From the NCBI RefSeq assembly GCF_009914755.1, contig NC_060948.1: DNA of 64,000 bases. The stretch is one strand, 5' to 3'. The notes beneath the pieces are model-generated. The model was given only the letters and a program-made list of their open reading frames with translations. It ran no database searches and was not told where the DNA came from. Below are positions 41,486-60,826 of this stretch, piece after piece. This DNA is from the human T2T-CHM13v2.0 reference genome, Homo sapiens. Made by a program: the position numbers and the translations under genes. How positions within the stretch are numbered: position 1 is the stretch's first letter; the number at the start of each line of letters is the position of its first letter.

Positions 41486-43588
41486 AGATCCATATTTTTT
41501 AAATGAAAAAAAATTTCAAAGGTACTCTGCTTGGTACAATAATCAAATGTATAAACTGAGGAATAAAACATAACCATGAAACCTACTTATAATTGCATAT
41601 GGAAAATACAGAGGATAATTTTTTAAATAACATATTTTGAAAGCCTTAACTAGTAATTTGAAGAGTTGGCATTGGAAAGGCCAGTATGAATATACCTTCA
41701 AAGCAGCAACACAGGTTCCCCATGAGAAAAAGCAAACACAGGGAAAATAAAAACACAAAGGTTCAATCTCTTCTGACCTTTGAAAGACACAGCACAGACT
41801 GTGGTCCTTAGGACGAAGAGCAGGAGACCACTAATTCCGTCATCATGGCGATAGGGCATAAACATTGCTGGGTGAGGGCACAATCCACATTGTGAGGTCC
41901 AACTGCTGCCAGGAAGACAGGAGTGCTTTTACATAGACCGAAAGGTCATTGAAGGCTCAGAGTTTTGTTTCAAGAACTGAATCCCAAGCCCACACGTTAT
42001 TAGGCTGCGCTTCTTAAAACAAGTTATGAGATGGGAAAAAGGGCACCCACAAACATACGTATACATTATGTATAAAATAATATACAGTATCATATATATA
42101 ATATATATAACCTATGTATAATATTGTTTTACATCCTGCATCTTATGTTATATATATTGTATAAAATATAATAATTGAAAATATATAAGTTTTATAATTA
42201 TACAATATGACATATAGTATATATTATAATTTATGACATATATAATATATGTTATATATCATATATAGAATATATTATACGGTTAATATACGTATTAAAT
42301 ATAAATTATACATTATATATATTATATATAATATATCTGTTATATATAATACCCATTATGCATAATATATATATTATGTCTATGTTATATATAGTATAAA
42401 ACAACATATAATAATATATAATTGTATATAAAATGCGACATATAATATATATTATATTTTATAACATATGTACTATATATTATATATTATATATAATACG
42501 TTGTATGTATAATACCTATATTAAATATATATTATATGACTATGTTATTAATTACATGTCACATGTGTTATATATTATATATTTTACATAGAATATACCG
42601 GTTACATACAATATATACTATGTTACCTATAATGTATAATTTATTACATGTAAAATAAAGAATGCAATATATTATGTATAATTTATAATATACAATATGT
42701 GGAATGTGATATATATAACATATAATATATGATATATGATATACAGTATATGATATATAACATACAACATATGATTCCTAATATATATGGTACACAATAT
42801 ATATTTTATGATATGTATTCTATATGTTTTATATTCTGTTATATATAACTATTTGAAATTATATATAACTGTATAATATTTTATGTAAATATGTAATATA
42901 ATATATATAACTATATAATATATTATATATAACTATATATTATGTTATATATACTTTTATAACATAATTTACATAAAATATCATAATATAATATATATTA
43001 TATTATTTCATATTACATAATATATATTACATATCACCCAATATAACTAACATACATAATATTATAATATAGATTATATTGTGTTATATTAAATATCATA
43101 TATATCATGTATCATATATTCTATAATATATATTACACATTATATAATATGTATCTTGTCTATTATGTGATATATATAACTCTATATATAATTATATTTT
43201 TATACATATAACTAGATAAACATGTAATTCTACATATTTTCATTTATAATATGTAGAATTATATAATCATATATAATTATTTATATTCTATAAAAAATTT
43301 TATCGTTATATAAATTATAATATATAAAAATTATAATATGTACTACAAATATATATATTATATATCATATATGATATAGTACCTTTGTTATATATCATAA
43401 TACATATAAATGTGTATTATGTTATCTATAATTATATAATTTCATATATAAGATGTATAATATGTATCATATATTATATATGTTATGTAATATATATAGT
43501 ATATATAAGATGACACAGGATAAATATTATATACTATGACATATAAAATATATGAGGTTATACGTTACATATAAGGCATAGCACATAA

Positions 43589-43903
<315 letters not shown>

Positions 43904-46006
43904 AGATCCATATTTTTTAAATGAAAAAAAATTTCAAAGGTACTCTGCTTGGTACAATAATCAAATGTATAAACTGAGGAATAAAACATAACCATGAAAC
44001 CTACTTATAACTGCATATGGAAAATACAGAGGATAATTTTTTAAATAACATATTTTGAAAGCCTTAACTAGTAATTTGAAGAGTTGGCATTGGAAAGGCC
44101 AGTATGAATATACCTTCAAAGCAGCAACACAGGTTCCCCATGAGAAAAAGCAAACACAGGGAAAATAAAAACACAAAGGTTCAATCTCTTCTGACCTTTG
44201 AAAGACACAGCACAGACTGTGGTCCTTAGGACGAAGAGCAGGAGACCACTAATTCCGTCATCATGGCGATAGGGCATAAACATTGCTGGGTGAGGGCACA
44301 ATCCACATTGTGAGGTCCAACTGCTGCCAGGAAGACAGGAGTGCTTTTACATAGACCGAAAGGTCATTGAAGGCTCAGAGTTTTGTTTCAAGAACTGAAT
44401 CCCAAGCCCACACGTTATTAGGCTGCGCTTCTTAAAACAAGTTATGAGATGGGAAAAAGGGCACCCACAAACATACGTATACATTATGTATATAATAATA
44501 TACAGTATCATATATATAATATATATAACCTATGTATAATATTGTTTTACATCCTGCATCTTATGTTATATATATTGTATAAAATATAATAATTGATAAT
44601 ATATAAGTTTTATAATTATACAATATGACATATAGTATATATTATAATTTATGACATATATAATATATGTTATATATCATATATAGAATATATTATACGG
44701 TTAATATACGTATTAAATATAAATTATACATTATATATATTATATATAATATATCTGTTATATATAATACCCATTATGCATAATATATATATTATGTCTA
44801 TGTTATATATAGTATAAAACAACATATAATAATATATAATTGTATATAAAATGCGACATATAATATATATTATATTTTATAACATATGTACTATATATTA
44901 TATATTATATATAATACGTTGTATGTATAATACCTATATTAAATATATATTATATGACTATGTTATTAATTACATGTCACATGTGTTATATATTATATAT
45001 TTTACATAGAATATACCGGTTACATACAATATATACTATGTTACCTATAATGTATAATTTATTACATGTAAAATAAAGAATGCAATATATTATGTATAAT
45101 TTATAATATACAATATGTGGAATGTGATATATATAACATATAATATATGATATATGATATACAGTATATGATATATAACATACAACATATGATTCCTAAT
45201 ATATATGGTACACAATATATATTTTATGATATGTATTCTATATGTTTTATATTCTGTTATATATAACTATTTGAAATTATATATAACTGTATAATATTTT
45301 ATGTAAATATGTAATATAATATATATAACTATATAATATATTATATATAACTATATATTATGTTATATATACTTTTATAACATAATTTACATAAAATATC
45401 ATAATATAATATATATTATATTATTTCATATTACATAATATATATTACATATCACCCAATATAACTAACATACATAATATTATAATATAGATTATATTGT
45501 GTTATATTAAATATCATATATATCATGTATCATATATTCTATAATATATATTACACATTATATAATATGTATCTTGTCTATTATGTGATATATATAACTC
45601 TATATATAATTATATTTTTATACATATAACTAGATAAACATGTAATTCTACATATTTTCATTTATAATATGTAGAATTATATAATCATATATAATTATTT
45701 ATATTCTATAAAAAATTTTATCGTTATATAAATTATAATATATAAAAATTATAATATGTACTACAAATATATATATTATATATCATATATGATATAGTAC
45801 CTTTGTTATATATCATAATACATATAAATGTGTATTATGTTATCTATAATTATATAATTTCATATATAAGATGTATAATATGTATCATATATTATATATG
45901 TTATGTAATATATATAGTATATATAAGATGACACAGGATAAATATTATATACTATGACATATAAAATATATGAGGTTATACGTTACATATAAGGCATAGC
46001 ACATAA

Positions 46007-46321
<315 letters not shown>

Positions 46322-48426
46322 AGATCCATATTTTTTAAATGAAAAAAAAATTCAAAGGTACTCTGCTTGGTACAATAATCAAATGTATAAACTGAGGAAT
46401 AAAGCATAACCATGAAACCTACTTATAACTGCATATGGAAAATACAGAGGATAATTTTTTAAATAACATATTTTGAAAGCCTTAACTAGTAATTTGAAGA
46501 GTTGGCATTTGAAAGGCCAGTATGAATATACCTTCAAAGCAGCAACACAGGTTCCCCATGAGAAAAAGCAAACACAGGGAAAATAAAAACACAAAGGTTC
46601 AATCTCTTCTGACCTTTGAAAGACACAGCACAGACAGTGGTCCTTAGGACGAAGAGCAGGAGACCCCTAATTCCGTCACCATGGCGATAGGGCATAAACA
46701 TTGCTGGGTGAGGGCACAATCCACATTGTGATGTCCAACTGCTGCCAGGAAGACAGGAGTGCTTTTACATAGACCGAAAGGTCATTGAAGGCTCAGAGTT
46801 TTGTTTCAAGAACTGAATCCCAAGCCCACACGTTATTAGGCTGCGCTTCTTAAAACAAGTTATGAGATGGGAAAAAGGGCACCCACAAACATACGTATAC
46901 ATTATGTATATAATAATATACAGTATCATATATATAATATATATAACCTATGTATAATATTGTTTTACATCCTGCATCTTATGTTATATATATTGTATAA
47001 AATATAATAATTGATAATATATAAGTTTTATAATTATACAATATGACATACAGTATATATTATAATTTATGACATATATAATATATGTTATATATCATAT
47101 ATAGAATATATTATACGGATAATATACGTATTAAATATAAATTATACATTATATATATTATATATAATATATCTGTTATATATAATACCCATTATGCATA
47201 ATATATATATTATGTCTATGTTATATATAGTATAAAACAACATATAATAATATATAATTGTATATATAAAATGCGACATATAATATATATTATATTTTAT
47301 AACATATGTAATATATATTATATATTATATATAATACGTTGTATGTATAATACCTATATTAAATATATATTATATGACTATGTTATTAATTACATGTCAC
47401 ATGTGTTATATATTATATATATTACATAGAATATACCGGTTACATACAATATATACTAAGTTACCTATAATGTATAATTTATTACATGTAAAATAAAGAA
47501 TGCAATATATTATGTATAATTTATAATATACAATATGTGGAATGTGATATATATAACATATAATATATGATATATGATATACAGTATATGATATATAACA
47601 TACAATATATGATTCCTAATATATATGGTATACAATATATATTTTATGATATGTATTCTATATGTTTTATATTCTGTTATATATAACTATTTGAAATTAT
47701 ATATAACTGTATAATATTTTATGTAAATATGTAATATAATATATATAACTACATAATATATTATATATAACTATATATTATGTTATATATACTTTTATAA
47801 CATAATTTACATAAAATATCATAATATAATATATATTATATTATTTCATATTACATAATATATATTACATATCACCCAATATAACTAACATACATAATAT
47901 TATAATATAGATTATATTGTGTTATATTAAATATCATATATATCATGTATCATATATTCTATAATATATATTACACATTATATCATATGTATGTTGTCTA
48001 TTATGTGATATATATAACTCTATATATAATTATATTTTTATACATATAACTAGATAAACATGTAATTCTACCTATTTTCATTTATAATATGTAGAATTAT
48101 ATAATCATATATAATTATTTATATTCTATAAAAAATTTTATCATTATATAAATTATAATATATAAAAATTATAATATGTACTACAAATATATATATTATA
48201 TATCATATATGATATAGTACCTTTGTTATATATCATAATACATATAAATGTGTATTATGTTATATATAATTATATAATTTCATATATAAGATGTATAATA
48301 TGTATCATATATTATATATGTTATGTAATATATACAGTATATATAAGATGACACAGGATAAATATTATATACTATGACATATAAAATATATGAGGTTATA
48401 TGTTACATATAAGGCATAGCACATAA

Positions 48427-48741
<315 letters not shown>

Positions 48742-50838
48742 AGATCCATATTTTTTAAATGAAAAAAAATTTCAAAGGTACTCTGCTTGGTACAATAATC
48801 AAATGTATAAACTGAGGAATAAAACATAACCATGAAACCTACTGATAACTGCATATGGAAAATACAGAGGATAATTTTTTAAATAACATATTTTGAAAGC
48901 CTTAACTAGTAATTTGAAGAGTTGGCATTTGAAAGGCCAGTATGAATATACCTTCAAAGCAGCAACACAGGTTCCCCATGAGAAAAAGCAAACACAGGGG
49001 AAATAAAAACACAAAGGTTCAATCTCTTCTGACCTTTGAAAGACACAGCACAGACAGTGGTCCTTAGGACGAAGAGCAGGAGACCCCTAATTCCGTCACC
49101 ATGGCGATAGGGCATAAACATTGCTGGGTGAGGGCACAATCCACATTGTGAGGTCCAACTGCTGCCAGGAAGACAGGAGTGCTTTTACATAGACCGAAAG
49201 GTCATTGAAGGCTCAGAGTTTTGTTTCAAGAACTGAATCCCAAGCCCACACGTTATTAGGCTGCGCTTCTTAAAACAAGTTATGAGATGGGAAAAAGGGC
49301 ACCCACAAACATACGTATACATTATGTATATAATAATATACAGTATCATATATATAATATATATAACCTATGTATAATATTGTTTTACATCCTGCATCTT
49401 ATTTTATATATATTATATAAAATATAATAATTGATAATATATAAGTTTTATAATTATACAATATGACATATAGTATATATTATAATTTATGACATATATA
49501 ATATATGTTATATATCATATATAGAATATATTATACGGTTAATATACGTATTAAATATAAATTATACATTATATATATTATATATAATATATCAGTTATA
49601 TATAATACCCATTATGCATAATATATATATTATGTCTATATTATATATAGTATAAAACAACATATAATAATATATAATTGTATATATAAAATGCGACATA
49701 TAATATATATTATATTTTATAACATATGTAATATATATTATATATAATACGTTGTATGTATAATACCTATATTAAATATATATTATATGACTATGTTATT
49801 AATTACATGTCACATGTGTTATATATTATATATTTTACATAGAATATACCGGTTACATACAATATATACTATGTTTCCTATAATGTATAATTTATTACAT
49901 GTAAAATAAAGAATGCAATATATTATGTAAAATTTATAACATACAATATGTGGAATGTGATATATATAACATATAATATATGATATATGATATACAGTAT
50001 ATCATATATAATATACAATATATGATTCCTAATATATATGGTATACAATATATATTTATGATATGTATTCTATATGTTTTATATTCTGTTATATATAACT
50101 ATTTGAAATTACATATAACTGTATAATATTTTATGTAAATATGTAATATAATATATATAACTATATAATATATTATATATAACTATATATTATGTTATAT
50201 ATACTTTTATAACATAATTTACATAAAATATCATAATATAATATATATTATATTATTTCATATTACATAATATATATTACATATCACCCAATATAACTAA
50301 CATACATAATATTATAATATAGATTATATTATGTTATATTAAATATCATATATATCATGTATCATATATTCTATAATATATATTACACATTATATAATAT
50401 GTATGTTGTCTATTATGTGATATATATAACTATATATATAATTATATATTTATACATATAACTAGATAAACATGTAATTCTACATATTTTCATTTATAAT
50501 ATGTAGAATTATATAATCATATATAATTATTTATATTCTATAAAAAATTTTATCATTATATAAATTATAATATATAAAAATTATAATATGTACTACAAAT
50601 ATATATATTATATATCATATATTATATAGTACCTTTGTTATATATCATAATACATATAAATGTGTATTATGTTATCTATAATTATATAATTTCATATATA
50701 AGATGTATAATATGTATCATATATTATATATGTTATGTAATATATACAGTATATATAAGATGACACAGGATAAATATTATATACTATGACATATAAAATA
50801 TATGAGGTTATATGTTACATATAAGGCATAGCACATAA

Positions 50839-51153
<315 letters not shown>

Positions 51154-53281
51154 AGATCCATATTTTTTAAATGAAAAAAAATTTCAAAGGTACTCTGCTT
51201 GGTACAATAATCAAATGTATAAACTGAGGAATAAAACATAACCATGAAACCTACTTATAACTGCATATGGAAAATACAGAGGATAATTTTTTAAATAACA
51301 TATTTTGAAAGCCTTAACTAGTAATTTGAAGAGTTGGCATTTGAAAGGCCAGTATGAATATACCTTCAAAGCAGCAACACAGGTTCCCCATGAGAATAAG
51401 CAAACACAGGGGAAATAAAAACACAAAGGTTCAATCTCTTCTGACCTTTGAAAGACACAGCACAGACAGTGGTCCTTAGGACGAAGAGCAGGAGACCCCT
51501 AATTCCGTCACCATGGCGATAGGGCATAAACATTGCTGGGTGAGGGCACAATCCACATTGTGAGGTCCAACTGCTGCCAGGAATACAGGAGTGCTTTTAC
51601 ATAGACCGAAAGGTCATTGAAGGCTCAGAGTTTTGTTTCAAGAACTGAATCCCAAGCCCACACGTTATTAGGCTGCGCTTCTTAAAACAAGTTATGAGAT
51701 GGGAAAAAGGGCACCCACAAACATACGTATACATTATGTATATAATAATATACAGTATCATATATATAATATATATAACCTATGTATAATATTGTTTTAC
51801 ATCCTGCATCTTATGTTATATATATTGTATAAAATATAATAATTGATAATATATAAGTTTTATAATTATACAATAAGACATACAGTATATATTATAATTT
51901 ATGACATTTATAGTATATGTTATATATCATATATAGAATATATTATACGGTTAATATACGTATTAAATATAAATTATACATTATATATATTATATATAAT
52001 ATATCTGTTATATATAATACCCATTATGCATAATAAATATATTATGTCTATGTTATATATAGTATAAAACAACATATAATAATATATAATTGTATATATA
52101 AAATGCCACATATAATATATATTATATTTTCTAACATATGTAATATATATTATATATTATATATAATACGTTGTATGTATAATACCTATATTAAATATAT
52201 ATTATATGACTATGTTATTAATTACATGTCACATGTGTTATATATTATATATTTTACATAGAATATACCGGTTACATACAATATATACTATGTTACGTAT
52301 AATGTATAATTTATTACATGTAAAATAAAGAATGCAATATATTATGTATAATTTATAATATACAATATGTGGAATGTGATATATATAACATATAATATAT
52401 GATATATGATATACAGTATATGATATATAACATACAATATATGATTCCTAATATATATGGTATACAATATATATTTTATGATATGTATTCTATATGTTTT
52501 ATATTCTGTTATATATAACTATTTGAAATTATATATAACTGTATAATATTTTATGTAAATATGTAATATAATATATATAACTATATAATATATTATATAT
52601 AACTATATATTATGTTATATATTCTTTTATAACATAATTTACATAAAATATCATAATATAATATATATTATATTATTTCATATTACATAATATATATTAC
52701 ATATCACCCAATATAACTATCATACATAATATTATAATATAGATTATATTATGTTATGTTAAATATCATATATATCATGTATCATATATTCTATAATATA
52801 TATTACACATTATATAATATGTATGTTGTCTATTATGTGATATATATAACTCTATATATAATTATATTTTTATACATATAACTAGATAAACATGTAATTC
52901 TACATATTTTCATTTATAATATGTAGAATTATATAATCATATATAATTATTTATATTCTATAAAAAATTTTATCATTATATAAATTATAATATATAAAAA
53001 TTATAATATGTACTACAAATATATATACTATATATCATATATGATATAGTACCTTTGTTATATATCATAATACATATAAATGTGTATTATGTTATCTATA
53101 ATTATATAATTTCATATATAAGATGTATAATATGTATCATATATTATATATGTTATGTAATATATATAGAATATATAAGATGACACAGGATAAATATTAT
53201 ATACTATGACATATAAAATATATGAGGTTATATGTTACATATAAGGCATAGCACATAACATGTAATATATATCATATATAA

Positions 53282-53573
53282 TTTTTTTTTAGACAGAATC
53301 TTGTCCTGTTGCACAGGGTGGGGTACAATGGCGCCATCTTTGCTCACTGCAACTTCTGCCTCACGGGTCCAAGCGATTGTCCTCCCTCAGTCTCCCAGGT
53401 AGCTGGGACTACACCACACTGGGACTACACCAGCTGCCACCATGCCTAGCTAATTTTTTGGATTTTTAGTAGTGACAGCCTTTCACTGTATTGGCCAGGA
53501 TGGTCTTGATCTCTTCACCTTGTGATCCCCTTGCCTTGGCCTCCAAATTTGCTGGGATTACAGGCCTGAGCCA
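53282..53573 (-). mobile_element. Alu copy, unit 23
   Basis: Near-identical to 75-366. Confidence 0.95.
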
Positions 53574-55694
53574 AGATCCATATTTTTTAAATGAAAAAAA
53601 ATTTCAAAGGTACTCTGCTTGGTACAATAATCAAATGCATAAACTGAGGAATAAAACATAACCATGAAACCTACTTATAACTGCATATGGAAAATACAGA
53701 GGATAATTTTTTAAATAACATATTTTGAAAGCCTTAACTAGTAATTTGAAGAGTTGGCATTTGAAAGGCCAGTATGAATATACCTTCAAAGCAGCAACAC
53801 AGGTTCCCCATGAGAAAAAGCAAACACAGGGAAAATAAAACCACAAAGGTTCAATCTCTTCTGACCTTTGAAAGACACAGCACAGACAGTGGTCCTTAGG
53901 ACGAAGAGCAGGAGACCCCTAATTCCGTCACCATGGCGATAGGGCATAAACATTGCTGGGTGAGGGCACAATCCACATTGTGAGGTCCAACTGCTGCCAG
54001 GAAGACAGGAGTGCTTTTACATAGACCGAAAGGTCATTGAAGGCTCAGAGTTTTGTTTCAAGAACTGAATCCCAAGCCCACACGTTATTAGGCTGCGCTT
54101 CTTAAAACAAGTTATGAGATGGGAAAAAGGGCACCCACAAACATACGTATACATTATGTATATAATAATATACAGTATCATATATATAATATATATAACC
54201 TATGTATAATATTGTTTTACATCCTGCATCTTATGTTATATATATTGTATAAAATATAATAATTGATAATATATAAGTTTTATAATTATACAATACGACA
54301 TATAGTATATATTATAATTTATGACATATATAATATATGTTATATATCATATATAGAATATATTATACGGTTAATATACGTATTAAATATAAATTATACA
54401 TTATATATATTATATATAATATATCTGTTATATATAATACCCATTATGCATAATATATATATTATGTCTATGTTATATATAGTATAAAACAACATATAAT
54501 AATATATAATTGTATATATAAAATGCGACATATAATATATATTATATTTTATAACATATGTAATATATATTATATATAATACGTTGTATGTATAATACCT
54601 ATATTAAATATATATTATATGACTATGTTATTAATTACATGTCACATGTGTTATATATTATATATTTTACATAGAATATACCGGTTATATACAATATATA
54701 CTATGTTACCTATAATGTATAATTTATTACATGTAAAATAAAGAATGCAATATATTATGTATAATTTATAATATACAATATGTGGAATGTGATATATATT
54801 ACATATAATATATGACATATGATATACAGTATATGATATATAACATACAATATATGATACCTAGTATATATGGTATACAATATATATTTTATGATATGTA
54901 TTCTATATGTTATATATTCTGTTATATATAACTGTTTGAAATTATATATAACTGTATAATATTTTATGTAAATATGTAATATAATATATATAACTATATA
55001 ATATATTATATATAACTATATATTATGTTATATATACTTTTATATCATAATTTACATAAAATGTCATAATATAATATATAATATATTATTTCATATTACA
55101 TAATATATATTACATATCACCCAATATAAGTAACATACATAATATTATAATATAGATTATATTATGTTATGTTAAATATCATATATATCATGTATCATAT
55201 ATTCTATAATATATATTATATATTATATAATATGTATGTTGTCTATTATGTGATATATATAAGTATATATAATTATATTATTATACATATAACTAGATAA
55301 ACATGTAATTCTACATATTTTCATTTATAATATATAGAATTATATAATCATATATAATTATTTATATTCTATAAAAAATTATATCATTATATAAATTATA
55401 ATATATAAAAATTATAATATGTACTACAAATATATATATATTATATATCATATATGATATAGTACCTTTGTTATATATCATAATACATATAAATGTGTAT
55501 TATGTTATCTATAATTATATAATTTCATATATAAGATGTATAATATGTATCATATATTATATATGTTATGTAATATATATAGTATATATAAGCTGACACA
55601 GGATAAATATTATATACTATGACATATAAAATATATGAGGTTATATGTTACATAGAAGGCATAGCACATAACATGTAATATATATCATATATAA

Positions 55695-55986
<292 letters not shown>

Positions 55987-58091
55987 AGATCCATATTTTT
56001 TAAATGAAAAAAAATTTCAAAGGTACTCTGCTTGGTACAATAATCAAATGTATAAACTGAGGAATAAAACATAACCATGAAACCTACTTATAACTGCATA
56101 TGGAAAATACAGAGGATAATTTTTTAAATAACATATTTTGAAAGCCTTAACTAGTAATTTGAAGAGTTGGCATTTGAAAGGCCAGTATGAATATACCTTC
56201 AAAGCAGCAACACAGGTTCCCCATGAGAAAAAGCAAAGACAGGGAAAATAAAACCACAAACGTTCAATCTCTTCTGACCTTTGAAAGACACAGCACAGAC
56301 AGTGGTCCTTAGGACGAAGAGCAGGAGACCCCTAATTCCGTCACCATGGCGATAGGGCATAAACATTGCTGGGTGAGGGCACAATCCACATTGTGAGGTC
56401 CAACTGCTGCCAGGAAGACAGGAGTGCTTTTACATAGACCGAAAGGTCATTGAAGGCTCAGAGTTTTGTTTCAAGAACTGAATCCCAAGCCCACACGTTA
56501 TTAGGCTGCGCTTCCTAAAACAAGTTATGAGATGGGAAAAAGGGCACCCACAAACATACGTATACATTATGTATATAATAATATACAGTATCATATATAT
56601 AATATATATAACCTATGTATAATATTGTTTTACATCCTGCATCTTATATTATATATATTGTATAAAATATAATAATTGATAACATATAAGTTTTATATTT
56701 ATACAAAATGACATATAGTATATATTATAATTTATGACATATATAATATGTGTTATATAACATATATAGAATATATTATACGGTTAATATACGTATTAAA
56801 TATAAATTATACATTATATATATTATATATAATATATCTGTTATATATAATACCCATTATGAATAATATATATATTATGTGTATGTTATATATAGTATAA
56901 AACAACACATAATAATATATAATTGTATATATAAAATGCGACATATAATATATATTATATTTTATGACATATGTAGTATATATTATATATTATATATAAT
57001 ACCTTGTATGTATAATACCTATATTAAATATATATTATATGACTATGTAATTAATTACATGTCACATATGATATATATTATATATTTTACATAGAATATA
57101 CCGGTTACATACAATATATACTATGTTACCTATAATGTATAATTTATTACATGTAAAATAAAGAATGCAATATATTATGTAAAATTTATAATATAAAATA
57201 TGTGGAATGTGATATATATAACACATAATATATGATATATGATATACAGAATATGATATATAACATACAATATATGATACCTAATATATATGGTATACAT
57301 TATATATTTTATGATATGTATTCTATATGTTTTATATTCTGTTATATATAACTATTTGAAATTATATATAACTGTATAATATTTTATGTAAATATGTAAT
57401 ATAATATATATAACTATATAATATATTATATATAACTATATATTATGTTATATATACTTTTATAACATAATTTACATAAAATATCATAATATAATATATA
57501 TTATATTATTTCATATTACATAATATATATTACATATCACCCAATATAAGTAACATACATAATATTAAATTATATATTATATTACGTTATATTAAATATC
57601 ATATATATCATGTATCATATAGTATATAATATATATTCTACATTATATAATATGTATGTTGTCTATTATGTGATATCTATAACTGTATATATAATTACAT
57701 TATTATACATATAACTAGATAAACATGTAATTCTACATATTTTCATTTATAATATATAGAATTATATAATCATATATAATTATTTATATTCTATAAAAAA
57801 TTATATCATTATATAAATTATAATATATAAAAATTATTACATGTACTACAAATATATATATTATATATCATATATGATATAGTACCTTTGTTATATATCA
57901 TAATACATATAAATGTGTATTATGTTATCTATAATTATATAATTTCATATATAAGATGTATAATATGTATTATATATTATATATGTTATGTAATATATAT
58001 AGTATATATAAGATGACACAGGATAAATATTATATACTATGACATATAAAATATATGAGGTTATATGTTACATATAAGGCATAGCACATAA

Positions 58092-58406
<315 letters not shown>

Positions 58407-60534
58407 AGATCCATATTTTTTAAAAGAAAAAAAATTTCAAAGGTACTCTGCTTGGTACAATAATCAAATGTATAAACTGAGGAATAAAACATAACCATGA
58501 AACCTACTTATAACTGTATACGGAAAATACAGAGGATAATTTTTTAAATAACATATTTTGAAAGCCTTAACTAGTAATTTGAAGAGTTGGCATTTGAAAG
58601 GCCAGTATGAATATACCTTCAAAGCAGCAACACAGGTTCCCCATGAGAAAAAGCAAAGTCAGGGAAAATAAAACCACAAAGGTTCAATCTCTTCTGACCT
58701 TTGAAAGACACAGCACAGACAGTGGTCCTTAGGACGAAGAGCAGGAGACCCCTAATTCCGTCACCATGGCGATAGGGCATAAACATTGCTGGGTGAGGGC
58801 ACAATCCACATTGTGAGGTCCAACTGCTGCCAGGAAGACAGGAGTGCTTTTACATAGACCGAAAGGTCATTGAAGGCTCAGAGTTTTGTTTCAAGAACTG
58901 AATCCCAAGCCCACACGTTATTAGGCTGCGCTTCCTAAAACAAGTTATGAGATGGGAAAAAGGGCACCCACAAACATACGTATACATTATGTATATAATA
59001 ATATACAGTATCATATATATAATATATATAACCTATGTATAATATTGTTTTACATCCTGCATCTTATATTATATATATTGTATAAAATATAATAATTGAT
59101 AATATATAAGTTTTATATTTATACAATATGACATATAGTATATATTATAATTTATGACATATATAATATATGTTATATATCATATATAGAATATATTATA
59201 CGGTTAATATACGTATTAAATATAAATTATACATTATATATATTATATATAATATATCTGTTATATATAATACCCATTATGCATAATATATATGTTATGT
59301 CTATGTTATATATAGTATAAAACAACATATAATAATATATAATTGTATATATAAAATGCGACATATAATATATATTATATTTTGTGATATATGTAATATA
59401 TATTATATATTATATATAATACCTTGTATGTATAATACCTATATTAAATATATATTATATGACTATGTTATTAATTACATGTCACATATGTTATATATTA
59501 TATATTTTACATAGAATATACCGGTTACATACAATATATACTGTTACCTATAATGTATAATTGATTACATGTAAAATAAAGAATGCAATATATTGTGTAC
59601 AATTTATAATATACAATATGTGGAATGTGATATATATAACATATAATGTATGATATAAGATATACAGTATATGATATATAACATACAATATATGATACCT
59701 AATATATATGGTATACAATATATATTTTATGATATGTATTCTATATGTTTTATATTCTGTTATATATAACTATTTGAAATTATATATAACTGTATAATAT
59801 TTTATGTAAATATGTAATATAATATATATAACCATATAATATATTATATATAACTATATATTATGTTATATATACTTTTATAACATAATTTACATAAAAT
59901 ATCATAATATAATATATATTATATTATTTCATATTACATAATATATATTACATATCACCCAATATAATTAACATACATAATATTATAATATAGATTATAT
60001 TATGTTATATTAAATATCATATATATCATGTATCATATATTCTATAATATATATTATACATTATATAATATGTATGTTGTCTATTATGTGATATATATAA
60101 CTATATATATATAATTATATTATTATACATATAACTAGATAAACATGTAATTCGACATATTTTCATTTATAATATATAGAATTATATAATCATATATAAT
60201 TATTTATATTCTATAAAAAATTATATCATTATATAAATTATAATATATAAAAATTATAACATGTACTACAAATATATATATTATATATCATATATGATAT
60301 AGCACCTTTGTTATATATCATAATACATACAAATCTGTATTATGTTATCTATAATTTTAAAATTTCATATATAAGATGTATAATATGTATTATATATTAT
60401 ATATGTTATGTAATATATATAGTATATATAAGATGACACAGGATAAATATTATATACTATGACATATAAAATATATGAGGTTATATGTTACGTATAAGGC
60501 ATAGCACATAACACGTAATATATATCATATATAA

Positions 60535-60826
<292 letters not shown>
